A DNA stretch of 64,000 bases from Paludibaculum sp. (lineage in GTDB: Bacteria; Acidobacteriota; Terriglobia; Bryobacterales; Bryobacteraceae), in NCBI GenBank assembly GCA_036504135.1, contig DASXVP010000001.1:26216-90215 (forward strand), given 5' to 3'. The position numbers and the translations under genes were made by a program. This document shows, piece by piece, positions 30,274 through 38,367 of the stretch (positions are counted from its first letter, which is position 1; every line of letters starts with the position of its first letter). The notes beneath the pieces are model-generated. The model searched no databases, had not been told where the DNA came from, and worked only from the letters and a program-made list of their open reading frames with translations.

Positions 30274-31557
30274 ATGCCTGAACGCAGAGATTTCCTCAAA
30301 GCCGCGGCCGCCGCCGGCCTCACCACCAACATCTTTCCGCGCCTTGCGCTCGGCGCCAACGACAAAGTCCGCATGGGGTTCATCGGCATGGGCGCGATGG
30401 GCAGCGGCAATCTCAAGATCGCGATGCGGCAGGAAAACCTCGTACCCGCCGCCGTGTGTGATGTCTATCAGCCCTACCTCGAGCGCGCCGTCGCCACCAC
30501 CAACGGCAACGCCAAGGGCGTTCGCGATTTCCGCGAGATCCTGGCCGATAAATCCATCGACGCGGTCTGCATCTCCACGCCCGATCACTGGCACGCCTAC
30601 ATGACCGTCGAGGCCTGCAAGGCCGGCAAGGATGTCTACGTGGAGAAGCCCATCTCCGTCACCATCGAAGAGGGCCAGCTCATGGTGAAGGCCGCCCGCA
30701 AGTACAACCGCGTCGTGCAGGCCGGCACCATGCAGCGCTCCGCGCCCAACTTTATCGAGGCCTGCAACATCGTCCGCTCCGGCCAACTCGGCGACGTCAC
30801 CTACTGCCGCACCTGGAACTACGCCTCCAGCAAGCCCGAAGGCTGGGGCACGCCCGCCAACTCCGAGCCGCCCAGGGACCTCGATTGGGATATGTGGCTC
30901 GGGCCCGCGCCCAAACGCGATTTCAACACCAACCGCTGGGGCATCGATCCCAAACGCTGGTCCACGTTCCGCTACTTCTGGGATTACGCCGGCGGCTGGA
31001 TGACGGACTGGTGCGTCCATCTCCTCGACATCGTGCAGATGGCGTTTGACGAAACCATGCCCACGTCGGTGACCGCGCTGGGCGACCGCTACATCCTGAA
31101 AGACAACACCGAGATGCCCGACACGCTCCAGGTGTCGTTCCAGTATCCAAAGTTCGTGGCCGTTTACGAAAACCGGCAGTACAACTCCAATTCACTGATC
31201 AAACACGGCTACGGGATTCTGTTTCACGGAGCCAAGGCTACAATGTTCGTCGATCGCGCCGGTTATCAGATCTGGCCGGAGCAGGGCTCGGACGTGCTCC
31301 CGGTGGAATCCAAGGCCAGCGGCCCCGGAAATATGGAGCACTGGGCCAACTTCCTGGATTGCATTAAGACTCGCAAGCGCCCCAACGCCGACGTCGAACT
31401 GAATCACAAAACGGCGACGTCGTGCCATCTGGGCAACATCGCCTACCGCTCGAAGCTCCGCCTGGATTTCGACCCCGCCACCGAGCGCATCGCCCAGGCC
31501 GAGGCGCGCAAGTACGCCTCCCGCGAGAATCGCAAACCCTGGAAAATCGTGGTGTAG
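30274..31557 (+). CDS. Gfo/Idh/MocA family oxidoreductase with Tat signal
   Basis: Start at MPERRDFLKAAAAAGL (twin-arginine motif). Rossmann motif MGFIGMGAMG and EKP motif. Confidence 0.9.
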   Translation: MPERRDFLKAAAAAGLTTNIFPRLALGANDKVRMGFIGMGAMGSGNLKIAMRQENLVPAAVCDVYQPYLERAVATTNGNAKGVRDFREILADKSIDAVCISTPDHWHAYMTVEACKAGKDVYVEKPISVTIEEGQLMVKAARKYNRVVQAGTMQRSAPNFIEACNIVRSGQLGDVTYCRTWNYASSKPEGWGTPANSEPPRDLDWDMWLGPAPKRDFNTNRWGIDPKRWSTFRYFWDYAGGWMTDWCVHLLDIVQMAFDETMPTSVTALGDRYILKDNTEMPDTLQVSFQYPKFVAVYENRQYNSNSLIKHGYGILFHGAKATMFVDRAGYQIWPEQGSDVLPVESKASGPGNMEHWANFLDCIKTRKRPNADVELNHKTATSCHLGNIAYRSKLRLDFDPATERIAQAEARKYASRENRKPWKIVV

Positions 31558-31558
31558 C

Positions 31559-31834
31559 TCACTTGCCGGCTTTCGGCGCCGGGCACTCCGGCGCCGGAGC
31601 CTTGATCATTCCGGAATCCATCTCCGGTGGCACGATGATCCCCAACTGAAACTTCACGTCCTTTGGGATCGCCATGCGCGGCATATGGACCGAGCAACGC
31701 CCCGCGAGCGCGTCGGGCTTCGCCAGGGAGGCAATTGCGGGCGCGGCGAAGGGCTTCGGAAACAGCGTCAACTTCGGCAGGTGCGTATACGCCCCGCCAG
31801 CCTGCATCAGTACAGCGAGTAGCACAGGAATCAT
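31559..31834 (-). CDS. small hypothetical exported protein
   Basis: 91 aa ORF with a hydrophobic N-terminus and high GC3. It lies downstream of the rhodanese gene on the same strand. I recognise no family. Confidence 0.35.
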   Translation of the reverse strand: MIPVLLAVLMQAGGAYTHLPKLTLFPKPFAAPAIASLAKPDALAGRCSVHMPRMAIPKDVKFQLGIIVPPEMDSGMIKAPAPECPAPKAGK

Positions 31835-31946
31835 GACCGGATCATAACCTCCGCCAGAGATTTCTTTCCCGTCTCTAGTAGTGATTTACTTTTCTGCCGG
31901 CGTCAAGCCCACCATCCTGCCGGAAAATCACAATCGGCCTCGGCGT

Positions 31947-32357
31947 TCACTTCTTTTCCGGCGGCCTCTCGGTCACCAGTTTGTCTCCACCCTGCCGCTT
32001 CACTTTTTCCAGACCGCATGAGCCCAACGTCTTGAATCCCTTTTCTTCGAGCATGGCCGCCGCACGGGCAGCCCTTCCACCGCTGCTTCAAAGGGTGACG
32101 ATCACTTTATCCCTGGGGATCTCCTTCAGCCGCCCTTCCAACTGGCTCACCGGGATGTTGACATAGCCCTTCAGCGTGCCCAGCTTGGAGATCTCCGACG
32201 GCTCCCGCACATCCAGGAAAAAGATGTTCTCAGGCTTCTCCAGGAGTTTCGCCAACTCCTCTGGATTCAGCTCTTTCACGGGCTTTGCGCTCTGCCCGCA
32301 AGCGATGCCAAACAGCATGGCCGCGCCTAGCGCGCACGCACCAAAGAAGGTCCTCAT
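31947..32357 (-). CDS. exported single-domain rhodanese with in-frame TGA at the catalytic position (candidate selenocysteine; otherwise a pseudogene)
   Basis: The track ORF stops at TGA 32088-32090 after ...RDKVIVTL. The same frame continues SSGGRAARAAAMLEEKGFKTLG...PPEKK to TGA at 31947. That reconstitutes the rhodanese loop [C]xxGxR with the stop in place of Cys. Confidence 0.6.
32055..32073 (-). promoter_or_regulatory. SECIS-like stem-loop downstream of the in-frame UGA
   Basis: The mRNA reads GGCUGCC-CGUGC-GGCGGCC: 7 bp including one G-U pair, and a 5-nt loop containing GU. The stem starts 14 nt after the UGA. Confidence 0.4.
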
Positions 32358-32382
32358 GGCCGGAAGTGTAACATAGACAGAT

Positions 32383-33579
32383 ATGAGTCCTTTGCCAGAC
32401 GAGTTTTACCGCATCTCCAAGTTGCCCCCTTACGTGTTCGCGACGGTCAATGAAATGAAGGCAAAGCTGCGCGCAGCGCAGTATGACGTCGTGGATTTCG
32501 GCATGGGCAACCCGGATGGAGCCACGCCGCGCGCGATCGTTTCGAAACTGGCAGAGGCAGCACGCAACCCCAAGAACCACCGCTACTCCGTCTCGCGGGG
32601 CATCCCGAACCTGCGTCACGAGATCTGCAAACGGTACCACCGGAACTATGGCATCCAGCTCGATCCGGAATCGGAGGCCATCGTCACCATCGGCTCCAAG
32701 GACGCCCTGGCGCACCTGATGTTCGCGGTCATCGGCCCCGGCGATCAGGTGGTGACGCCCGCGCCCTGCTACCCCATCCACCAGTGGGGCGTGATCATGG
32801 CCGAGGGCGAATCCGTGCCGTTGCCGGCCGACAAGCCGTCCGAATTTCTCAACGGCCTGGAGCACCTCTACCGCAAGTCCATCAAGCCGCCGAAGCTCAT
32901 CCTGATCAACTACCCGCACAACCCCACCACGACGTGCGTGGATCTGGATTTCTTCAAAGAAATCGTGCGGATGGCCAGCCTGCACGGCACCATGGTGCTG
33001 CATGATTTCGCCTACGCCGACCTCTGCTTTGACGGCTACAAAGCCCCCAGCATTCTCGAAGTGGACGGCGCCAAGGAAGTGGCCGTCGAGATGTTCTCGA
33101 TGACCAAGAGCTACAACATGGCAGGCTGGCGCGTCGGCTTCTGCCTGGGCAATCCGAAGATGATCAAGGCGCTGTCGCGCATCAAGAGCTACCTGGATTA
33201 CGGAATCTTCCAGCCCATCCAGATCGCCGCCATCATCGGCCTCCGCGAGTGCGAGGAGGACGTCCACAAGATCTGCAACCTCTATCAGCGCCGGCGCGAC
33301 CTGCTGGTGGACGGCCTCAATGCCGCCGGTTGGCCCGTGGAAAAGCCCAAGGCATCCATGTTCGTGTGGGCTCCCATCCCGGAGAGCTTCCGCGGCATCG
33401 GCTCGCTGGAGTTCAGCAAACTGCTGCTCGAAAAGGCGTTGGTGGCCATCTCGCCCGGCATCGGCTTCGGCCCGGCAGGTGACGGCCATGTGCGCTTCGC
33501 GCTGATCGAGAATCACCACCGCTCGCGCCAGGCGCTGCGCTGCATCAAACAGTTCCTGAAAGACGAGAAGGTGGGGTAG
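32383..33579 (+). CDS. alaC: class I/II PLP aminotransferase, AlaC (glutamate-pyruvate aminotransferase)-like
   Basis: 398 aa ORF that is near-colinear with my recollection of E. coli AlaC: RISKLPPYVF, DFGMGNPDGATP, SRGIP.LR, DPESEAIVTIGSK, SKSYNMAGWR, HVRFALIEN. Confidence 0.88.
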   Translation: MSPLPDEFYRISKLPPYVFATVNEMKAKLRAAQYDVVDFGMGNPDGATPRAIVSKLAEAARNPKNHRYSVSRGIPNLRHEICKRYHRNYGIQLDPESEAIVTIGSKDALAHLMFAVIGPGDQVVTPAPCYPIHQWGVIMAEGESVPLPADKPSEFLNGLEHLYRKSIKPPKLILINYPHNPTTTCVDLDFFKEIVRMASLHGTMVLHDFAYADLCFDGYKAPSILEVDGAKEVAVEMFSMTKSYNMAGWRVGFCLGNPKMIKALSRIKSYLDYGIFQPIQIAAIIGLRECEEDVHKICNLYQRRRDLLVDGLNAAGWPVEKPKASMFVWAPIPESFRGIGSLEFSKLLLEKALVAISPGIGFGPAGDGHVRFALIENHHRSRQALRCIKQFLKDEKVG

Positions 33580-33599
33580 TTTGCTGGTATTATCGCGTC

Positions 33600-34571
33600 A
33601 TGGCTGCGCGTGAGCAGATCCGCCCGCTGCGCTTGGACGACCTGCGATCGGTGTCGCCGGCCATACTCGATCCCATCCTGACGGAGGAGCGCGGGCGCTG
33701 GCGCGCGCTCCTCCATTGGGACTTCACGCCCGCCTCCAACCTGGTGCTGCGCTATGTGCAGATGCAGGCACTGGACGGCTTTGTGCTCTTCGACGGCGAC
33801 GAGCCGGCCGGCTACATCTACTGGGTCTCCGAGGATCACAAGGGCCTCGTTGGCGATCTGTACCTGCGCGACGCGTGGCGCTCGCCGGCGAACGAGAATA
33901 CGCTGCTTTCGGCCGCGCTCACGCAGTTGCGCCGCAACCCATGGGTGCGCCGTGTGGAGGCGCAGTTGATGCAGCTCACCGCGCGCGGCTCCCAGGTTTT
34001 TCCCGCCGGGCTGCGGCCCAGGGTATTCCCGCGCTATTTCATGCTCTCCTCGTTGGATGGGCTGGAAAGCCGCCGTCCGCTCATTACGCTGCCCGCCCTG
34101 CGGCTGGAGCCGTGGGGGCCGCGCTGGATGGACGATGCCGCCGCGCTGATCGGCGCGGTCTATTCGGCGCACGTCGATAGCGAGATCAATGACCAGTATC
34201 ACTCCGCGCAGGGCGCGCGGCGGTTTCTGCAGAACATCGTGCAATATCCAGGCTGCGGCGAGTTCTCGCACGAGTGCTCCTATGTCGCGCTGGATCAGCA
34301 GGGCCGCGTGCGCGGGCTCTCGCTCGCCAGCACCGTGGCGCCGGAGGTGGGCCACATCGCCCAGATCTGTCTCGCTCGCGAGTACCAGGGCACCGGCGCA
34401 GGCTATGAATTGATGCGCCTGAGCCTGGCCTCACTGAGGGCCAAAGGCGCGGTGGAGGCATCGCTCACCGTGACGGCGTCGAATGACCGGGCGGTGCGGT
34501 TGTATGAGCGGTTTGGGTTTCGCGTCATCCTTCAGTTTGAGGCGCTGGTGTGGGAGAACCTCTGGGCGTAA
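33600..34571 (+). CDS. GNAT family N-acetyltransferase (two-lobed)
   Basis: 323 aa ORF with C-terminal REYQGTGAGYELM...NDRAVRLYERFGFR. Confidence 0.8.
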   Translation: MAAREQIRPLRLDDLRSVSPAILDPILTEERGRWRALLHWDFTPASNLVLRYVQMQALDGFVLFDGDEPAGYIYWVSEDHKGLVGDLYLRDAWRSPANENTLLSAALTQLRRNPWVRRVEAQLMQLTARGSQVFPAGLRPRVFPRYFMLSSLDGLESRRPLITLPALRLEPWGPRWMDDAAALIGAVYSAHVDSEINDQYHSAQGARRFLQNIVQYPGCGEFSHECSYVALDQQGRVRGLSLASTVAPEVGHIAQICLAREYQGTGAGYELMRLSLASLRAKGAVEASLTVTASNDRAVRLYERFGFRVILQFEALVWENLWA

Positions 34572-34794
34572 GGGGCGGGATACCTACAGGCCCAGCGACG
34601 GCGCCAGGGCCTCGCTACGGACCCGGGCGCGGTAGAGGCATCGCTCACCATAACGGCGTCGAATGACCGGGCGGTGCGGTTGTATGAGCGGTTTGGGTTT
34701 CGCGTCATCCTTCAGTTTGAGGCGCTTGTGTCGGAGAACCTCTGGGCATAAGGGGCGGGATACCTACAGCCCCAGCGACGGCGCCAAGGCCTCG
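34446..34794. repeat. tandem duplication (169 bp twice, period 180 bp) covering the 3' ends of two convergent genes
   Basis: 34446-34614 and 34626-34794 align without gaps with 8 mismatches. Confidence 0.9.
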
Positions 34795-35678
34795 TAGAAC
34801 GTCAACACGGCCGGCCCCAGAGTGATGACGAAGATCGCGGGCATGATGAGGAAGAAGACCGGGAAGATCAGCTTGACGCTCAGCTTGCGGGCGGACTCCT
34901 GCGCCTCATGCCGCCGCCGCGTGCGCAGATAGCGGGCATGGGTGCGCAGGGCAGGTCCCAGGCTAGTGCCGAAACGATCGCTATCGATCAGCACCGTTGC
35001 CAGCTTCTTCATCTCCTTGGAGCTTGTGCGCTGGCCCATGGAGTAGAGCACATCGGTCCTGGACCGTCCGGCGCGCAACTCCATTTGCACCTGCGCAAAC
35101 TCATTGGACAATTCCGGGTAGAGCACCCGCAACTCACGGCTGGTGTCGACAAGCGCGCTATCGAGAGACTGGCCGGCCTCCACGCTGAGCACCATCAGAT
35201 CCAGCGCGTTGGGCAGAGCGCGCTCCACCTTCAAGGCGCGGGCGCTGACCTGCGCATCCAACACGCGATCCGGCAGGAGATAGCCAAAGCCTGCGCCACA
35301 CGCCACCAGCACCATGGCGATCAACGGGCTTTCCTGGTAGAGCAGCCCAACCCAGCCGAGGATCAGCGCCAGCACCAGCAACGACGCCACCTTGACGCCC
35401 TCATAAATCACCGGCGCCGCCGGCGAGCGGTAGCCGGCTGAAATGAGACGGCCGCGAACCGGGTCGCGCCGCACCTTGGGCCCCGGCGCGAGTTCGCCGA
35501 TGACGAACATCGATTGCAGCAGGCTGGCCCACGCGCCCTTGGCTTTGCCGGACGCAAACTCCACGTCGCCGTGCGCCAGGCGCTCCGCGGCGCGCCAGCG
35601 GAAGATCAGCAGGATGGCGCCCACCGAGGCCATGACGAACAGGAAGAAGCAAACGCCGAGGAGTGTTTCCGTCATCAC
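34764..35678 (-). CDS. tadC: type II secretion system F-family protein (TadC-like)
   Basis: 304 aa ORF with LPNALDLMVLSVEAGQSL and a C-terminal TM pair. Confidence 0.82.
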   Translation of the reverse strand: MMTETLLGVCFFLFVMASVGAILLIFRWRAAERLAHGDVEFASGKAKGAWASLLQSMFVIGELAPGPKVRRDPVRGRLISAGYRSPAAPVIYEGVKVASLLVLALILGWVGLLYQESPLIAMVLVACGAGFGYLLPDRVLDAQVSARALKVERALPNALDLMVLSVEAGQSLDSALVDTSRELRVLYPELSNEFAQVQMELRAGRSRTDVLYSMGQRTSSKEMKKLATVLIDSDRFGTSLGPALRTHARYLRTRRRHEAQESARKLSVKLIFPVFFLIMPAIFVITLGPAVLTFYEALAPSLGL

Positions 35679-35682
35679 GTCC

Positions 35683-36648
35683 TCACATCTTCACCTGTGC
35701 CGCGCGGCGGATGACAAAGTGCGCCACGATGTTGCCTAGCACCACGCAGCCGAGCATGGTGCGCCCCTCGCTGCGGCGCAGCATCACGCCCATGTATTCG
35801 GGACTCATCACGAACATGAGGATGGCGATGATCCAGGGCAACACGGTGAGCACCAGGCCGGTGATCTTGCTGTGCGCCGCGATGGCCCGCACTTCGGATT
35901 CCAGTGACGCGTTGTCGCGCATCGTCTCGCTGAGCCGCGCCAGCACGTCGTTGAGCCGCCCGCCCACCTTATTCTGGAGCTTGACGGCCGCCACGAACAT
36001 AAACACCTCGGGCAGCGGAATCCGTTCGGCCAGACCGTCCAGCGCGTGATCCCAACTCACGCCCAGGTTCCATTCTTCGCGGGTGCGGCGCAACTCCGAC
36101 GCCAGCGGCTCGGGCTGCTCCATCGCCAGCATCTCCATCGCCGGCCCCAGCGGGTAGCCCGATTTCAGCGCGCGCGTGAGGGAATCGAGGGCCTCTGGAA
36201 ACTGGCTGGCAAAAGCGTCGAAGCGCTTGCGCCGCATCCGGTTGATATAGAGATAAGGAGCGAAGACGGCCAGTGCCACGATGGGGACACAGACCATCAG
36301 CGGGATCACCTGCACCTGCCAGAGGATGGTAGACATCGCCGTGCCGAGGAACAGCATCGTCAACGTGACGCGTCCGACGGACCATCTCAGATTGGCCTCG
36401 TCGATCATGCGCCGCAGGACCTCGACATGGCTGAAGCGCTCCAGCAGGACGGCCCACACGCGGATGGTGCTGAGATCCTCATCGCGCAGCACCGCGCTTT
36501 GTCCCGCCTGCTCCGTGCCTTCCAGCACGAGTTCGGCGCCGGCCTGGCGGGCGCGGACGTGCAGTGACGCCCAGTAGAACGACGCCGCCAGCAGCGCCGT
36601 GAGAAATGCACCGCCGAACATCAGCACAAATATCAGAAGTCCCTGCAT
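35683..36648 (-). CDS. tadB: type II secretion system F-family protein (TadB-like)
   Basis: 321 aa ORF with FPEALDSLTRALKSGYPL and a TM pattern typical of TadB. Confidence 0.82.
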   Translation of the reverse strand: MQGLLIFVLMFGGAFLTALLAASFYWASLHVRARQAGAELVLEGTEQAGQSAVLRDEDLSTIRVWAVLLERFSHVEVLRRMIDEANLRWSVGRVTLTMLFLGTAMSTILWQVQVIPLMVCVPIVALAVFAPYLYINRMRRKRFDAFASQFPEALDSLTRALKSGYPLGPAMEMLAMEQPEPLASELRRTREEWNLGVSWDHALDGLAERIPLPEVFMFVAAVKLQNKVGGRLNDVLARLSETMRDNASLESEVRAIAAHSKITGLVLTVLPWIIAILMFVMSPEYMGVMLRRSEGRTMLGCVVLGNIVAHFVIRRAAQVKM

Positions 36649-36654
36649 AAGGCT

Positions 36655-37338
36655 CTAGGGCCGCGCCGCCGCCACGTTGGCCGGGGCCAACGTCTTCTGC
36701 CCTTCCACCGCACGGTCATTCGGATTCCGCAGGATGAGGCGCAACTGCATGGACGCATCGGCCAGGCTGAGCCGGTCCGCATCGGGCGGCGCCACCAGCA
36801 GAGTGACCACCGGCTTGGGATTCTCGACGCCGGCCACGCTGAGCACTTCCACGTCTTCCAGCAAGCGCCGCAAGACCAATCCCTGGCCGCTGGGCTGCAA
36901 CACCTGAATATCGATGCGGCTGCCGGAGCGCATCAATGCCACCACGCCGGACGATTCCACCGGATGGATGGAGACGGCGCGCTTGCCGGATGGGATGGCC
37001 AGCGAGGCGCCGCCGGCCGCACCGCGCCGCGCCATCAGCGGCTCCGTGATGGGCTGATTGGCGGAAACAGGCTCCAGCAGCGTGAGGCCAACGGCCTGTT
37101 CCATGCCGGGCACGGAATGAGGCGGCATGGCCGCGGCATCCCATTCCACCACGCGCACATCTTCGGCCCGCAGCACCGCGCCGCGGTCCAATGCCTTGGT
37201 GGAGACCACCACGGTGCGCGGCGTATCGGCCGATGCGGTGCCCCGCAGTTTCGGGATCAGCAATCCGTAAAAGATGCCGGTGGCCACAATCGCGGCGACG
37301 AAGGCCACTCCGAGCAGAGGCATGAGGTTGCGCTTCAT
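36655..37338 (-). CDS. cpaB: Flp pilus assembly protein CpaB/RcpC
   Basis: Start at MKRNLMPLLGVAFVAAIVATG (signal anchor), followed by SAF-like and RcpC-like segments. Confidence 0.78.
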   Translation of the reverse strand: MKRNLMPLLGVAFVAAIVATGIFYGLLIPKLRGTASADTPRTVVVSTKALDRGAVLRAEDVRVVEWDAAAMPPHSVPGMEQAVGLTLLEPVSANQPITEPLMARRGAAGGASLAIPSGKRAVSIHPVESSGVVALMRSGSRIDIQVLQPSGQGLVLRRLLEDVEVLSVAGVENPKPVVTLLVAPPDADRLSLADASMQLRLILRNPNDRAVEGQKTLAPANVAAARP

Positions 37339-37427
37339 ATTATTACCCAGCCTCAGTACAACACGGGGACAATTTGGCACAAATCAGCGATTGGCCTTAG
37401 TACTCTCTCCGAACACCCTTAGAGCTC

Positions 37428-38270
37428 ATGCCGCCCTCGACGGGTACAATGGAATCAGTGGAAAAACGCCGCATGTGCCCGCATTGCCGGGCCTTTATCA
37501 CCACCAGCGACAAGGTCTGTCCGTATTGCGACACGCCCGTTGGTCCCAAAGCAATTGATCTTCGAAGCCCCGGCGACCTGCTGGGCGGTCTGATCCCTGG
37601 TGGGCAGTTTGTCACGGTTGTGATCCTGACGGCCAACGTGGGGCTGTTCCTGGTGACGATGCTGGCCTCGGCCAAGATGGGCGAGATGGCGGCGCTGACG
37701 TTGTATGGCGCGGCACGGCCGGACATGGTGTTCGCCGGGCAGTGGTGGCGCCTGATCACGGCCGGGTTTCTGCATGGCGGCTTCATGCACATCCTGTTCA
37801 ACTCGTGGGCGCTGATGGACGTGGGGCGGCACGCGGAGGAGATATACGGCGCGCGGCGCATGGTGGTGATCTATTTGCTCTCCACGGTGGGCGGGTTTTT
37901 GGCCAGCATGTTCTGGACCCGCAGCGTGTCTGTTGGCGCGTCGGCGGGCCTGTTTGGCTTGATCGGCGCGATGATTACCGTGGGAATTCTGCACCGCGGC
38001 TCGTATGAAGCGGCGGCGATCAAGGAGTTCTATATTCGCTGGGCGGTGTACGGATTGCTGTGGGGCCTGCTGCCGTTTTTCCGCGTGGACAATGCAGCGC
38101 ACGTGGGCGGGCTGGTGACGGGATTTCTGACCGCGTGGGTAACGGGCACGCCGCGGAAGTTTTCGGTTGTGAAGGAGCAGTTCTGGGGCGTGGTCTGCTG
38201 GGTACTGGTAGCGCTGACGGCGTACGCGTTCCTGCAGATGTTCCTGTGGAACCGGTCCGTGGTGGGATAA
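37428..38270 (+). CDS. rhomboid family intramembrane serine protease with N-terminal zinc ribbon
   Basis: CPHC...CPYC, then WWRLITAGFLHGGFMHILFN, GASAGLFGLIGA (catalytic Ser) and AHVGGLVTG (catalytic His). Confidence 0.88.
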   Translation: MPPSTGTMESVEKRRMCPHCRAFITTSDKVCPYCDTPVGPKAIDLRSPGDLLGGLIPGGQFVTVVILTANVGLFLVTMLASAKMGEMAALTLYGAARPDMVFAGQWWRLITAGFLHGGFMHILFNSWALMDVGRHAEEIYGARRMVVIYLLSTVGGFLASMFWTRSVSVGASAGLFGLIGAMITVGILHRGSYEAAAIKEFYIRWAVYGLLWGLLPFFRVDNAAHVGGLVTGFLTAWVTGTPRKFSVVKEQFWGVVCWVLVALTAYAFLQMFLWNRSVVG

Positions 38271-38296
38271 ACACAGCGTCCCAGGCTCCTCGGCAT

Positions 38297-38348
38297 CCGC
38301 TCCCTCACGGTCGCGGCTCGGAACGGACGGTCGCGGCTCGGAACGGAG
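38297..38348. repeat. REP-like element with a duplicated 20-nt core
   Basis: CCGCTCCCTCACGGTCGCGGCTCGGAACGG is followed by a second ACGGTCGCGGCTCGGAACGG. It lies in a convergent spacer. Confidence 0.6.
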
Positions 38349-38367
38349 GGTGGCGCCGGCGGATCGG

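Noticed and set aside
29143-31020. 625-aa minus-strand ORF and 602-aa plus-strand ORF (29749-31557) taken at full length.
   Set aside because: Each N-terminal extension is antisense to the other gene and is low complexity. Internal starts give a signal peptide (MRSVMLVLL, 30222) and a Tat signal (MPERRDFLK, 30274) respectively.
31903-32091. 62-aa ORF (MKQRWKGCPCGG...) downstream of the rhodanese TGA.
   Set aside because: It is in a different frame from the rhodanese and has no family resemblance. The in-frame continuation after the TGA reproduces the rhodanese active-site loop and C-terminal helix instead.
31835-32382. Replication origin located exactly at the asymmetry switch.
   Set aside because: The spacers here are only 112 and 25 nt. 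I found no TTATCCACA-like DnaA boxes or AT-rich unwinding element, and dnaA/dnaN are absent from the window. I therefore report only the polarity switch, not an oriC.
37375-37389. Sigma-54-like TGGCACAAATCAGCG upstream of the rhomboid gene.
   Set aside because: The GG-to-GC spacing is one nucleotide short of the consensus, and the -12 element reads AGC rather than TGC.
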